A stretch of DNA of 64,000 nt. It comes from Candidatus Methylomirabilia bacterium (GTDB lineage: Bacteria; Methylomirabilota; Methylomirabilia; Rokubacteriales; CSP1-6). This document shows positions 1 through 9,603 of the stretch, piece by piece. Below the pieces are notes generated by a model, which did not search any database, had not been told where the DNA came from, and saw nothing but the letters and a program-made list of their open reading frames with translations. Made by a program: the position numbers and the translations under genes. The stretch is taken from NCBI GenBank assembly GCA_041497895.1, contig JBGQHJ010000002.1:1-64000 (forward strand), in the 5' to 3' direction. Numbering within the stretch: the stretch's first letter is position 1; each line of letters begins with the position of its first letter.

Positions 1-3
1 CGG

Positions 4-88
4 GCGAGAGTGGCGGAACTGGCAGACGCGCTGGACTTAGGATCCAGAGGGGCAACCCGTGGGGGTTCAACTCCCCCCTCTCGCACCA
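4..88 (+). tRNA. tRNA-Leu (anticodon TAG)
   Basis: Acceptor stem GCGAGAG/CTCTCGC, D-arm TGGCGGAACTGGCAGACGC, anticodon arm CTGGA-CTTAGGA-TCCAG, long variable arm, GGTTCAA T-loop and encoded 3' ACCA; typical position upstream of tig. Confidence 0.95.
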
Positions 89-146
89 CCCTCCCTGCGC
101 CGGAGCCCGCCGTTCGCCAGGGCATCACCCGGCGGAAGGAGGGCTC

Positions 147-523
147 GTGATGGGCATCAAGGGCATCGACCACTGGGTCGTCGTCGTGCGCGACGTGTCC
201 CGCACCCTCGAGTTCTACGAGCGGCTCGGACTCACGATCGCGTGGGAGGCGCGGCCCGGGCGGCCGGACATGCCCACGATCCGGATCAACGACGCGCAGA
301 AGATCAACGTCCACGCGAGCGAGTGGCCGGGGCGGGCCGGGTATCTCGGCGCGCGCCGGCCATCGGTCGGCGGAGCCGACTTCTGCCTCGAATGGGCCGT
401 AGCGGGGTGACACCCGAGGTGGGGCCATCCACGAGGACGTGCGCCCGCGGTCCTTCCACCAGCGTCTATTTCCGGGATCCCGACGACAACCTCGTGGAGC
501 TCACCGTCTACCCGCGGACGTAG
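147..523 (+). pseudogene. VOC/glyoxalase-family gene, frameshifted with apparent internal deletion
   Basis: N-half (GIDHWVVVVRDV...ADFCLEW, ORF 147-410) and C-half (GVTPEVGPSTRTCARGPSTSVYFRDPDDNLVELTVY, ending 523) lie in different frames, junction near 395-400; RBS AAGGAGG upstream. Confidence 0.75.
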
Positions 524-662
524 GTCGAAGTGCCGGGCAAGTCGTTGTTTTCTTGACGATGCGAGCCGATAGTGTAGGATGCGTGTCTGGCTTGAAGCAG
601 GCCTGGGATGCCTTAGGGACAACCCGTGGGAGCGCGACTCCCCGTATGAGGACTGAGCGGCC

Positions 663-1937
663 ATGAAGGTGGACATCGAAGAGCTGGGCGCCTGCAAGCG
701 GCGGCTGCAGGTGGAAGAGACGCCCGAGGTGGTCACCAAGGCCTGGGAGCAGGCCTTCGGCCGCGTGCAGCGCGAGGCCAAGCTTCCCGGCTTCCGCAAG
801 GGGAAGGTCCCGCGCAGCATGATCAAGCTCCACTTCGCCGACGACGTGCGGCAGGAAGTGGCGCGCCGGCTGATCCCCGACGTCTACCGCCAGGCCCTCG
901 CCGAGACCCGCATCGAGCCCGTAGAGGAGCCCGACCTGCAGGAGGTCACCCTCGAGGAGAACGCGGCGCTCAAGTTCGCCGCGGTCGTCGAGGTGAAGCC
1001 GGCCATCGCCCTCGGGGCCTACACCGGTCTCACGATCGAGCACACGCCCAAGCCCTTCGCGGAGAGCGAGGTGGACGAGGCTCTCACCGCGCTGCAGGAG
1101 CAGCACGCCGAGTACCGCGCGGTGGAGCGCGCGGCCGACCCGGGCGACCTCGTGATCGTCGACTACACCCTGACCCCCGAGGGGCTGGAACCGCGCTCCG
1201 AGACCGGCTACGGCTTCGTGATCGGCACCGGCGGCGTGCTGCCCGAGATGGAGGAGGCGGTGATCGGCCTCGCCGCGGGCGGCTCGCGGCAGACCCGTGT
1301 GCGCTTCGGCGACGACCACCGCAACGAGGCGCTGCGGGGCAAGTCGGCCGAGGCCTCGGTGACCGTCTCGGAGGTGAAGGAGAAGGTGCTGCCGGCCCTG
1401 GACGACGACTTCGCCAAGAGCGTGGGCGGCACCTTCGAGACGCTCGACGCGCTGCGGGAAGAGGTGCGCAAGGGCCTCGAGGCCCGGCGGGAGGCCGACA
1501 ACCGGCGCGCGCTGGAGAACGCGGTGCTCGACGCGGTCCTGGCCGGCCACACCTTCGAGGTGCCGGAGGCCCTGGTGCTCCGACAGGTCGGCCACCAGAT
1601 CGAGCACGCGCGGGAGCACATGCGGCGGCAGGGTCTCGATCCCGACCGGGTGCCGTGGGACTACAAGAAGTTGCTCGAGGACCTGCGTCCGGGCGCGGAG
1701 AAGGCGGTCAAGCGGGCTCTCCTCATCGAGGCCATCGCGGACAAGGAAGGCCTCCCGCCGGTCGACGCCGACGTGGACGCCGAGGTGGAGCGGATCGCCC
1801 AGGCCAGCCAGCGGCCGGCCCCGGCGGTCCGGCGGATGCTCGAGCAGAGCGGGGACCTGGAGGGCATCCGCCACACGCTTGGCGAGCGGAAGACGGTCGA
1901 GTTCCTGATCGAAAAGAATCCGCTAAACAGCGCCTGA
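663..1937 (+). CDS. tig: Trigger factor
   Basis: [10 protein letters not shown] ribosome-binding motif, FKBP-like middle domain, tig-clpP-clpX order. Confidence 0.97.
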   Translation: MKVDIEELGACKRRLQVEETPEVVTKAWEQAFGRVQREAKLPGFRKGKVPRSMIKLHFADDVRQEVARRLIPDVYRQALAETRIEPVEEPDLQEVTLEENAALKFAAVVEVKPAIALGAYTGLTIEHTPKPFAESEVDEALTALQEQHAEYRAVERAADPGDLVIVDYTLTPEGLEPRSETGYGFVIGTGGVLPEMEEAVIGLAAGGSRQTRVRFGDDHRNEALRGKSAEASVTVSEVKEKVLPALDDDFAKSVGGTFETLDALREEVRKGLEARREADNRRALENAVLDAVLAGHTFEVPEALVLRQVGHQIEHAREHMRRQGLDPDRVPWDYKKLLEDLRPGAEKAVKRALLIEAIADKEGLPPVDADVDAEVERIAQASQRPAPAVRRMLEQSGDLEGIRHTLGERKTVEFLIEKNPLNSA

Positions 1938-1969
1938 GGTACACTACCAGCATGGCAAGGAGACGCCCG

Positions 1970-2593
1970 ATGGGATTGGTCCCGATGGTGGTCGAGCAGA
2001 CTCCGCGCGGCGAGCGCGCGTTCGATATATTCTCCCGGCTCCTCAAGGAGCGGATCATCTTCCTCCCGACCTACATCGAGGACGAGATCGCGAACCTGGT
2101 CATCGCCCAGATGCTGTTCCTGGAGGCCGAGGACCCGGACAAAGACATCCACCTCTATATCAACTCTCCGGGAGGCTCGGTCACCGCGGGCATGGCGATC
2201 TACGACACCATGCAGTACGTGAAGCCGGCCATCTCCACCATTTGCATGGGCCAGGCCGCCTCGATGGGCGCGCTGCTGCTGTGCGCCGGCACCAAGGGCA
2301 AGCGCTTCGCGCTGCCGCACGCCCGCATCATGATCCACCAGCCGCTCGGCGGCGTGCAGGGCCAGGCCACCGACATCGACATCCAGGCCAAGGAGATCCT
2401 CCGCATGCGGGAGGAGCTGAACCGCATCCTGGTGCACCACACCGGCCAGTCCATGGACAAGATCCAGAAGGACACCGACCGCGACTTCTTCATGACCGCG
2501 GAGCAGGCGAAGGATTACAGGATCGTGGACGAGGTCATCTCCTCGAAGCCCACCACGCGGCCCGTCTCCGAAGTGGTCGTCACGGCCAAGTAG
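1970..2593 (+). CDS. clpP: ATP-dependent Clp protease proteolytic subunit
   Basis: [34 protein letters not shown] motifs; AAGGAG before ATG 1970 (alternative in-frame ATG at 1952). Confidence 0.97.
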   Translation: MGLVPMVVEQTPRGERAFDIFSRLLKERIIFLPTYIEDEIANLVIAQMLFLEAEDPDKDIHLYINSPGGSVTAGMAIYDTMQYVKPAISTICMGQAASMGALLLCAGTKGKRFALPHARIMIHQPLGGVQGQATDIDIQAKEILRMREELNRILVHHTGQSMDKIQKDTDRDFFMTAEQAKDYRIVDEVISSKPTTRPVSEVVVTAK

Positions 2594-2599
2594 CGACCC

Positions 2600-3847
2600 A
2601 TGGCCCGGACCCGCGAAGGCGGCGGCGCGCTCAAGTGCTCGTTCTGCGGCAAGAGCCAGAACGACGTCCGCAAGCTGATCGCGGGGCCCACCGTCTACAT
2701 CTGCGACGAGTGCATCGAGCTCTGCAACGACATCATCGCGGAGGAGTGGGAGGAGGAGAAGAGCCGGGAGCTGCGGAGCCTTCCCAAGCCGGCCGAGATC
2801 AAGAACGTGCTGGATCAGTACGTGGTGGGCCAGGAGCGGGCCAAGAAGATCCTCGCGGTCGCGGTCCACAATCACTACAAGCGCATCGAGGCCGGCTCCG
2901 AGTCCGGTGACGTGGAGCTGCAGAAGGCCAACATCCTCCTGATCGGCCCCACCGGCTCCGGCAAGACCCTCCTCGCCCAGACCCTCGCCAAGATGCTCCA
3001 CGTGCCGTTCACCATCGCCGACGCGACCACTCTGACCGAGGCCGGCTACGTGGGCGAGGACGTCGAGAATATTATTCTGCGTCTGCTGCAAGCGGCCGAC
3101 TATGACGTCGAGCGGGCCCAGCGCGGCATCGTCTACATCGACGAGATCGACAAGATCGCGCGGAAGTCCGAGAACCCGTCGATCACCCGCGACGTCTCCG
3201 GCGAGGGCGTGCAGCAGGCCCTGCTCAAGATCCTGGAGGGCACGGTGGCCAACGTGCCACCCCAGGGCGGGCGCAAGCACCCCCATCAGGAGTTCATCCA
3301 GGTGGACACCACCAACGTGCTGTTCGTCTGCGGCGGCGCGTTCGTGGGCGTCGACAAGATCGTGGAGAGCCGCGTGGGGCGGACCGGCATCGGCTTCGGG
3401 GCCGAGATCAAGAGCCGCGAGGATCGCCGGGTCGGTGACCTGCTGGCCCTGATCCAGCCCGAGGACCTGCTCAAGTACGGCCTCATCCCGGAGTTCGTGG
3501 GCCGCCTGCCGGTGGTCGCCACCCTGCACGACCTGGACGAGGCGGCCCTGGTGCGCATCCTGCGCGAGCCGAAGAACGCGATCATCAAGCAGTACCAGAA
3601 GTATTTCGAGCTCGAGAAGGTGCGGCTCAAGTTCACCGACGACGCGGTGGCCGCGGTGGCCCGCGAGGCGATGAAGCGCGGCACCGGCGCACGCGGCCTG
3701 CGCGCGGTGCTCGAGGAGGTCATGCTCGAGGTGATGTACGAGCTGCCCTCGCTGCCCGCCTTGAAGGAGTGCATCATCACCCGCGAGGTCATCCTCAACA
3801 AGGATCGCCCGATCCTCATCTCCGAGCAGAAAGAGCAGTCCGCCTAG
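2600..3847 (+). CDS. clpX: ATP-dependent Clp protease ATP-binding subunit ClpX
   Basis: CSFCGK...CDEC zinc finger, GPTGSGKT Walker A, IDEIDK, IGF loop, RKH motif. Confidence 0.98.
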   Translation: MARTREGGGALKCSFCGKSQNDVRKLIAGPTVYICDECIELCNDIIAEEWEEEKSRELRSLPKPAEIKNVLDQYVVGQERAKKILAVAVHNHYKRIEAGSESGDVELQKANILLIGPTGSGKTLLAQTLAKMLHVPFTIADATTLTEAGYVGEDVENIILRLLQAADYDVERAQRGIVYIDEIDKIARKSENPSITRDVSGEGVQQALLKILEGTVANVPPQGGRKHPHQEFIQVDTTNVLFVCGGAFVGVDKIVESRVGRTGIGFGAEIKSREDRRVGDLLALIQPEDLLKYGLIPEFVGRLPVVATLHDLDEAALVRILREPKNAIIKQYQKYFELEKVRLKFTDDAVAAVAREAMKRGTGARGLRAVLEEVMLEVMYELPSLPALKECIITREVILNKDRPILISEQKEQSA

Positions 3848-3852
3848 TCCGT

Positions 3853-3888
3853 CCCCCTCTCCCCTTCGAGGAGAGGGCAGGGTGAGGG
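3853..3888 (+). repeat. Dispersed palindromic (REP-like) repeat, copy 1
   Basis: CCCTCTCC-loop-GGAGAGGG-CAGGGTGAGGG; similar copies at 8300-8335 and 59916-59951 (reverse). Confidence 0.7.
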
Positions 3889-3896
3889 ATTCTCCA

Positions 3897-4604
3897 GTGA
3901 CCGGCACGCTGTACGTGGTCGCGACCCCCCTCGGCAACCTGGAAGACATCACGCTGCGGGCCCTGCGCATCCTGAAGGAGGTGGCCCTCGTCGCGTGCGA
4001 GGACACCCGGCGCACCCGCATCCTCCTCACCCACTTCGGCATCCACGCCCGCGTCACGAGCTACTTCGAGCACAACAAGCTCCGCAAGGGCACCCGGCTG
4101 CTGGAGACGCTGCAGGCCGGCCAGTCGGTGGCCCTGGTGACCGACGCGGGGACGCCCGGCATCTCGGATCCGGGCTTCCTGCTCGTCCGGCAGGCGCGCG
4201 AGGCCGGCGTTCCGGTGGTGCCGGTGCCGGGACCGTCCGCGGTGGTGGCGGCCCTCTCCGCGGCGGGGCTGCCCGCCGATCGGTTCGTCTTCGACGGCTT
4301 CTTGCCCGTGAAGCCGGGTCGGCGCGTCCACCGGCTGGAGGCGCTGCGCGACCTCGAGATGACGGTGGTCTGCTACGAGTCCCCGCACCGCATCCTGGCG
4401 ACCCTCGACGCGGTGGCGCAGGTGTGGGGCGAGCGCGAGATCGTGGTGGCCCGCGAGCTGACCAAGCAGTTCGAGGAGATCGTGCGCGGCCCGGCGGCCA
4501 GTCTGAGGCGGCGCTTCGAGGCCGGCACCGCGCGCGGGGAGTTTACCCTGGTCCTGCCGTCGCCAGGTTTCGAGGCCGCGGGGTCCGAAGCGATGGTAGA
4601 GTGA
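3897..4604 (+). CDS. rsmI: 16S rRNA (cytidine(1402)-2'-O)-methyltransferase
   Basis: LYVVATPLGNLEDIT, ACEDTR, DAGTPGISDPG, YESPHR, RELTK motifs; start uncertain (3882 lies inside the repeat). Confidence 0.93.
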   Translation: MTGTLYVVATPLGNLEDITLRALRILKEVALVACEDTRRTRILLTHFGIHARVTSYFEHNKLRKGTRLLETLQAGQSVALVTDAGTPGISDPGFLLVRQAREAGVPVVPVPGPSAVVAALSAAGLPADRFVFDGFLPVKPGRRVHRLEALRDLEMTVVCYESPHRILATLDAVAQVWGEREIVVARELTKQFEEIVRGPAASLRRRFEAGTARGEFTLVLPSPGFEAAGSEAMVE

Positions 4605-4608
4605 CCGC

Positions 4609-5331
4609 ATGATCAGGATCTGGCTCGCCGCGCTCGTCGTGCTGGCGTCTCTCGGCGTGGGAAGTCGCCCCGCTTCCGCGGAATGGTTCGCCGACCTCTT
4701 CGCCGGGCTGAGCCTCACCCGGGACCACGATCTCAAGCTCAACGACCAGGGCATCGGCCAGGGCACCTACGAGTCGGTGGAGTTCGACCGGTCACTGGCG
4801 TGGGGCGGGCGTTTCGGGCGGTACTTCGACTCGGTGCCGTTCGTCGGTCTCGCGGTGGACTTCTTCCGCTTCTACCCGGACATCGGTGGCCAGTCGGTGC
4901 AGCTCCGCGGCTGCTTCTTCCCGGGCGGCTGCGGTACCGGGCGCGGCGGCACCGGCTCCCTCGACGTGCAGACCACCTCGGTCTCGGTGGATCTGATGCT
5001 CCGACTGCCGCTCTGGAAGTCGGCCGACGCCCCCCAGGGGCGGGTGCAGCCGTACGTGGCGGTGGGCCCGCCGTTCTTCATCACCACGATCACCCCCCGG
5101 AACACGCGCAACTTCCGCAACCACGACGACGACACCGACTACTCCTTCGGGTTCAAGGCGGCGGCCGGCGTCGCGGTGCAGGTGTACAGCAACCTGGCCC
5201 TGTTCGGCGAGTACCGGTTCACGCACGTGTCGCCGGAGGTCGAGCTGCACGACGCGAACCTCAACCGCACCACGCTGCGGACCGAGCTGGACACCCACTC
5301 CGCCCTGCTCGGCATCTCCGCCCGCTGGTAG
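4609..5331 (+). CDS. Outer-membrane beta-barrel protein
   Basis: Signal peptide, alternating beta-strand pattern (QPYVAVG, LFGEYRF), C-terminal aromatic W. Confidence 0.75.
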   Translation: MIRIWLAALVVLASLGVGSRPASAEWFADLFAGLSLTRDHDLKLNDQGIGQGTYESVEFDRSLAWGGRFGRYFDSVPFVGLAVDFFRFYPDIGGQSVQLRGCFFPGGCGTGRGGTGSLDVQTTSVSVDLMLRLPLWKSADAPQGRVQPYVAVGPPFFITTITPRNTRNFRNHDDDTDYSFGFKAAAGVAVQVYSNLALFGEYRFTHVSPEVELHDANLNRTTLRTELDTHSALLGISARW

Positions 5332-5395
5332 CCGCCCGCTGCCACCGGGGAGGTTCTTCCCGCCCCCTCGCGCGTATCCCGTATACTAAGGGGCC

Positions 5396-6184
5396 ATGTT
5401 GATCCCCAAGGCTCTCACCATCGCCGGATCCGACTCCGGCGGCGGCGCGGGCATCCAGGCGGATCTCAAGACGTTCTCGGCGTTCCGGGTGTTCGGCATG
5501 TCGGTGATCACCGCGGTGACGGCGCAGAACTCCCTCGGGGTCCAGGGGGTGGAGAACCTGCCGCCCGCGTTCGTGGCGCGGCAGCTCCGCTCGGTCCTGG
5601 ATGACTTCGGCACCGACGCCGCCAAGTGCGGCATGCTCTCGACCGCGGCCATCATCGAGGCGGTGGCCGAGACCCTGGCCGATCGCCGGGTGGAGAAGCT
5701 GGTGGTGGACCCGGTGATGGTGGCCAAGTCGGGCGATCCCCTGCTGCAGGCCGACGCCCGCACCGCGCTGGCCGACCGCATCCTGCCGCTCGCCCTGGTG
5801 GTCACGCCCAACCTGCCGGAGGCCGAGGTGCTGGCCGGCATGCGGGTGGTCGAGCCCGAGGACATGGAGGAGGCGGCCCGGCGCATCCACCTGATGGGGC
5901 CACGCTACGTGCTGGTCAAGGGCGGCCACCTCAAGGGTGATGCAACCGACCTGCTCTGGAACGGGCGGGAGTTCACGCGCTTCACCGCGGCGCGGGTGGA
6001 CTCCGCGAACACCCACGGCACCGGCTGCACTTTCTCGGCCGCCATCGCGGCGGGCCTCGCGCGCGGCCAGGCGCTCGGGGACGCGATCCGCTCCGCCAAG
6101 GCCTACGTGACCCGCGCCATCCGCGAGGGCTTCAAGGCGGGCCGCGGGGTGGGCCAGCTCCGTCACTTCATCCCCGACTGGTGA
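5396..6184 (+). CDS. thiD: Hydroxymethylpyrimidine/phosphomethylpyrimidine kinase
   Basis: LTIAGSDSGGGAGIQADLK, VDPVM, TPNLPEA, THGTGCT motifs. Confidence 0.96.
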   Translation: MLIPKALTIAGSDSGGGAGIQADLKTFSAFRVFGMSVITAVTAQNSLGVQGVENLPPAFVARQLRSVLDDFGTDAAKCGMLSTAAIIEAVAETLADRRVEKLVVDPVMVAKSGDPLLQADARTALADRILPLALVVTPNLPEAEVLAGMRVVEPEDMEEAARRIHLMGPRYVLVKGGHLKGDATDLLWNGREFTRFTAARVDSANTHGTGCTFSAAIAAGLARGQALGDAIRSAKAYVTRAIREGFKAGRGVGQLRHFIPDW

Positions 6185-6975
6185 TGAGCGACTCCGAGCC
6201 GATCGCCAGCGCGGGGACGCCGGGGGCGGATGACGACGCCGGCAGGATGTCGTTCTTCGACCACCTCACCGAGCTGCGGACCCGGATCATCTGGAGCCTG
6301 ATCCCGGCCGGGGTCGGTCTCGGCATCTCGCTCTACTTCACCACCAACGTGATGCGCTTCCTCTCGCGTCACCTCAAGACCGAGCTGGTCTTCACCACCC
6401 CGACCGAGGCCTTCTGGACCTACATGAAGGTCGCGATGATCATGGGGGTGTTCATCGCGATGCCGGTCATCCTGTGGAACGTGTGGGCCTTCGTGGCCCC
6501 CGGCCTCCACAAGCACGAGCGCAAGTACGCGATGCCGTTCGTGATCGTGGGCTCGATCCTCTTCCTCTCCGGGGGCGCCTTCGCGATCTTCGTGATCATC
6601 CCCTTCGCCATCAATTTCCTGGTGAGCTTCGGGCAGGAGCAGGGCCTCAAGCCCATGATCACGATCTCGAGCTATATCGACTTCATCATCAAGTTCACGC
6701 TCGCCTTCGGGGTGGTGTTCGAGCTGCCGGTGGTGATCACGCTCCTGTCCATGCTCGGGATCGTGACCCCGCAGTTCCTGTCCAAGAACCGGAAGTACGC
6801 GATCCTGATCAACTTCATCATCGCGGCCATCCTCACCCCGACCCCGGACATCGTGAACCAGACCCTGATGGCGGGCCCGCTCTGCATCCTCTACGAGCTG
6901 GGCATCATCTCGGCGCGCATCTTCGGACGAAAGAAGCCGGCGAAACCGGCCCTCACGGAAGACCCGACGAAATGA
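6184..6975 (+). CDS. tatC: Twin-arginine translocase subunit TatC
   Basis: MSFFDHLTELRTR, FVAPGL, FELP, ILTP motifs; multiple transmembrane helices. Confidence 0.95.
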   Translation: MSDSEPIASAGTPGADDDAGRMSFFDHLTELRTRIIWSLIPAGVGLGISLYFTTNVMRFLSRHLKTELVFTTPTEAFWTYMKVAMIMGVFIAMPVILWNVWAFVAPGLHKHERKYAMPFVIVGSILFLSGGAFAIFVIIPFAINFLVSFGQEQGLKPMITISSYIDFIIKFTLAFGVVFELPVVITLLSMLGIVTPQFLSKNRKYAILINFIIAAILTPTPDIVNQTLMAGPLCILYELGIISARIFGRKKPAKPALTEDPTK

Positions 6976-8294
6976 GCCCGCTCGAGTTCTCCTCCCTCGA
7001 TCTGCCCGGCCCGGTCCGGCGCGGGATCCAGGACGCGGGGTTCGTCGCCACCACCGCGATCCAGGAGGCGGCCCTGCCGCTGGCCCTGCGCGGCAAGGAC
7101 GTGGCCGGACAGTCGCAGACCGGCACCGGCAAGACCGCCGCGTTCCTCATCGCGGCCTTCACGCGCTGCCTGACCTATCCGGCCCCTACCCCCGCGGGCG
7201 TGACCTCGCCCCGGGTGCTGATCATCGCCCCCACCCGGGAGCTGGTGGTGCAGATCGAGGCCGACGCGCGGCTGCTCGGCGCCCACACCGGACTTCAGAT
7301 CCTGTCCGTCTACGGGGGCATCGACTACAACAAGCAGCGCGACGCCCTGCGCGATGGGTGCGACATCCTGGTCGGCACGCCCGGACGGCTCATCGACTAT
7401 CTGAAACAGCACATCTGGTCGCCGGGGAAGGTCGAGGTCCTCGTCATCGACGAGGCCGACCGGATGTTCGACATGGGCTTCATCGCCGACCTGCGCTTCA
7501 TCCTGCGCCGGCTGCCGAAGCCGGAGAAGCGGCAATCGTTCCTGTTCTCGGCCACGCTCTCGTTCCGGGTGCTGGAGCTGACCTGGGAGTTCATGAACAA
7601 TCCGGTCCAGATCAGCATCACCCCGCAACAGAAGACGGTGGAGAAGGCCGAGCAGGTGCTCTACCACGTCGGCCGCGAGGAGAAGTTCAACCTGCTGCTC
7701 GGGCTGCTGCGGCGCGAGGGGGGCAGCCGCATCCTGATCTTCTCCAACACCCGGGAGGAAGCGCGGCGGCTCGAGGATCGGCTGAGCCGCAACGGCTGGG
7801 AGGCGCGCGCGCTCACCGGCGACGTGGACCAGAAGAAGCGGCTCAAGATCCTCAACGACTTCAAGGACGGCCAGCTGCCGATCCTGGTCGCCACCGACGT
7901 GGCCTCGCGCGGATTGCACATCGAGGGCGTGAGCCACGTGGTGAACTGGGACCTGCCGCAGGACGCGGAGGACTACGTGCACCGCATCGGCCGCACCGCG
8001 CGTGCCGGCGCGGCGGGCAAGGCGATCAGCTTGGTGGACGAGGCGGGGGCGCTCGCGCTCGAGCCCATCGAGAAGTTCATCGCCCAGAAGATCCAGGCGG
8101 ACTGGGCCGAGGACGACCTGTACCTGCCCGAGATCAAGCCCACCAGCGAGGAGCGGCGCCGCTACGCCGAGGAGAAGCGCCAGCGCATGGCCGCGCGCGG
8201 CGGCGGGCGCGGTGTCGGCCCCGGGCGTTCGGGTGGCGGCGGGGGCGGCGGCCGACGCGACGGCCGCGGGCCCAGCCGCGGCCCGCGCCGCTGA
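6972..8294 (+). CDS. DEAD-box RNA helicase (RhlB/RhlE-like)
   Basis: QTGTGKT, PTREL, GTPGR, DEAD, SAT, YVHRIGRTAR; RG-rich tail; ATG overlaps tatC stop. Confidence 0.95.
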   Translation: MSPLEFSSLDLPGPVRRGIQDAGFVATTAIQEAALPLALRGKDVAGQSQTGTGKTAAFLIAAFTRCLTYPAPTPAGVTSPRVLIIAPTRELVVQIEADARLLGAHTGLQILSVYGGIDYNKQRDALRDGCDILVGTPGRLIDYLKQHIWSPGKVEVLVIDEADRMFDMGFIADLRFILRRLPKPEKRQSFLFSATLSFRVLELTWEFMNNPVQISITPQQKTVEKAEQVLYHVGREEKFNLLLGLLRREGGSRILIFSNTREEARRLEDRLSRNGWEARALTGDVDQKKRLKILNDFKDGQLPILVATDVASRGLHIEGVSHVVNWDLPQDAEDYVHRIGRTARAGAAGKAISLVDEAGALALEPIEKFIAQKIQADWAEDDLYLPEIKPTSEERRRYAEEKRQRMAARGGGRGVGPGRSGGGGGGGRRDGRGPSRGPRR

Positions 8295-8299
8295 TTCTT

Positions 8300-8335
8300 C
8301 CCTCTTCCCCCTGGGGAGAGGGCAAGGGTGAGGGG
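8300..8335 (+). repeat. Dispersed palindromic (REP-like) repeat, copy 2
   Basis: CCCTCTTCCCC-CT-GGGGAGAGGG-CAAGGGTGAGGGG just after the helicase stop. Confidence 0.7.
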
Positions 8336-8338
8336 CCC

Positions 8339-9019
8339 ATGACCACTCCTCACGTCGACCTCACGCTCCCCGACGCCGAGCGTCGACTGGCCGCATCTCT
8401 CACGACTCCGTGGCGCGATTTCCTCTACGCGCCGGGCCCCGATCTCATCTCGCTCCTCGATCCCGGCGCCTATCGCTCGAGCCTCGTCGTGGTCCGTAAC
8501 GACGACGTCGCGGTCCGCGTGACCTCGCTGGTGACGCCCGCGTTCGGCGGCGAGCTGTGCCGCGTGCGTCTGGAGGTCCTCGCGCTGTCGCCCGCCTCCG
8601 CCTTCGGCTCGTTCTTCGAGCCGTCGCGCACCGGCACGATCTACTCCTTCACTCCCGGCCGCGAGGCCGGAGCCGCGCGGGCGCCGGCTCGGGCGGAGTG
8701 GCGGTACGGGGGGGCATCGCTGGCTCCGCGGCTCGGCCGAGTCGGCCGGGTGCGCGTGTTGCGGGAGCGGGGGCGGGTGGGCGCGGGCTCGTGGGTCGCG
8801 GACCGCGGGCTCGTGCTGAGCTGCGCCGACGGCGGCGAATGCATGCTGCTCGGCGTCGCCGAGCCGGCGGAAGCCGCGCTGTTCCTGCCCGCTCCCGGAC
8901 TCTACCGCGCGCTTCTCGATCCACGCGGCGCGTCGCAACCCGGCGTCACCGTGCGTGATCTGCTCGGCCACGGCGAGCGGGCCGGCGTCGACGTGACGGC
9001 GGAGTTACATCCCCTCTGA
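8339..9019 (+). CDS. Hypothetical protein
   Basis: 226-aa ORF filling the gap between co-oriented genes; no motif recognised. Confidence 0.55.
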   Translation: MTTPHVDLTLPDAERRLAASLTTPWRDFLYAPGPDLISLLDPGAYRSSLVVVRNDDVAVRVTSLVTPAFGGELCRVRLEVLALSPASAFGSFFEPSRTGTIYSFTPGREAGAARAPARAEWRYGGASLAPRLGRVGRVRVLRERGRVGAGSWVADRGLVLSCADGGECMLLGVAEPAEAALFLPAPGLYRALLDPRGASQPGVTVRDLLGHGERAGVDVTAELHPL

Positions 9020-9102
9020 AACGGGATCGGCGAGTGGCACGGCCGCGGGGTGGGGTGTACGGTGGCCTCATCGCCTCATCACCCCTAGCCAAGGAGGACA
9101 CC

Positions 9103-9603
9103 ATGGCGACCAAGACCGCCACCAACCGCGCCGCCAACAAGACCGCCAAGGTCAAAGCAATTCCGACCGGGTATCACGCGATCACGCCGTACCTGATCTT
9201 CGACGGCGCCGCCAGCGCGATCGACTTCTATCGGCGGGCCTTCAACGCGAAGGAGCTGCTGCGCATCCCGGCGCCCAATGATCGGATCGGCCACGCCGAG
9301 ATCAAGGTGAGCGACTCCGTGATCATGATGGCCGATGAGCATCCCGAGATGGACGCGCACGCGCCCAAGCACTTCGGGGGCTCTCCGGTCAGCCTCCTGC
9401 TCTACGTGACCGACGTGGACGCGATGTTCAAGCAGGCGCTCGCGGCCGGCGCCACCGAGGTGCGCCCGGTCGCAGACCAGTTCTACGGTGACCGCTCGGG
9501 CACTCTGAAGGATCCCTTCGGCCACACGTGGCACCTCTCCACCCACAAGGAAGACGTCAGCATGGAAGAGATGGCCCGCCGCATGGCCGCGATCAAGCAG
9601 TAA
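9103..9603 (+). CDS. VOC family protein (PhnB-like glyoxalase fold)
   Basis: ITPYLIFDGAASAIDFY, HAEI, DQFYGDRSG, DPFGHTW; strong RBS AAGGAGG. Confidence 0.9.
   Translation: MATKTATNRAANKTAKVKAIPTGYHAITPYLIFDGAASAIDFYRRAFNAKELLRIPAPNDRIGHAEIKVSDSVIMMADEHPEMDAHAPKHFGGSPVSLLLYVTDVDAMFKQALAAGATEVRPVADQFYGDRSGTLKDPFGHTWHLSTHKEDVSMEEMARRMAAIKQ

Noticed and set aside
408..410. TGA in the VOC gene as a recoded codon
   Set aside because: Homologous sequence continues in a different frame, so this is a frameshift rather than read-through.
501..4057. Long antisense ORFs (for example 501-1874 and 1661-4057, and many similar across the window)
   Set aside because: Shadow frames of real genes caused by high GC3 codon bias; no recognisable motifs.
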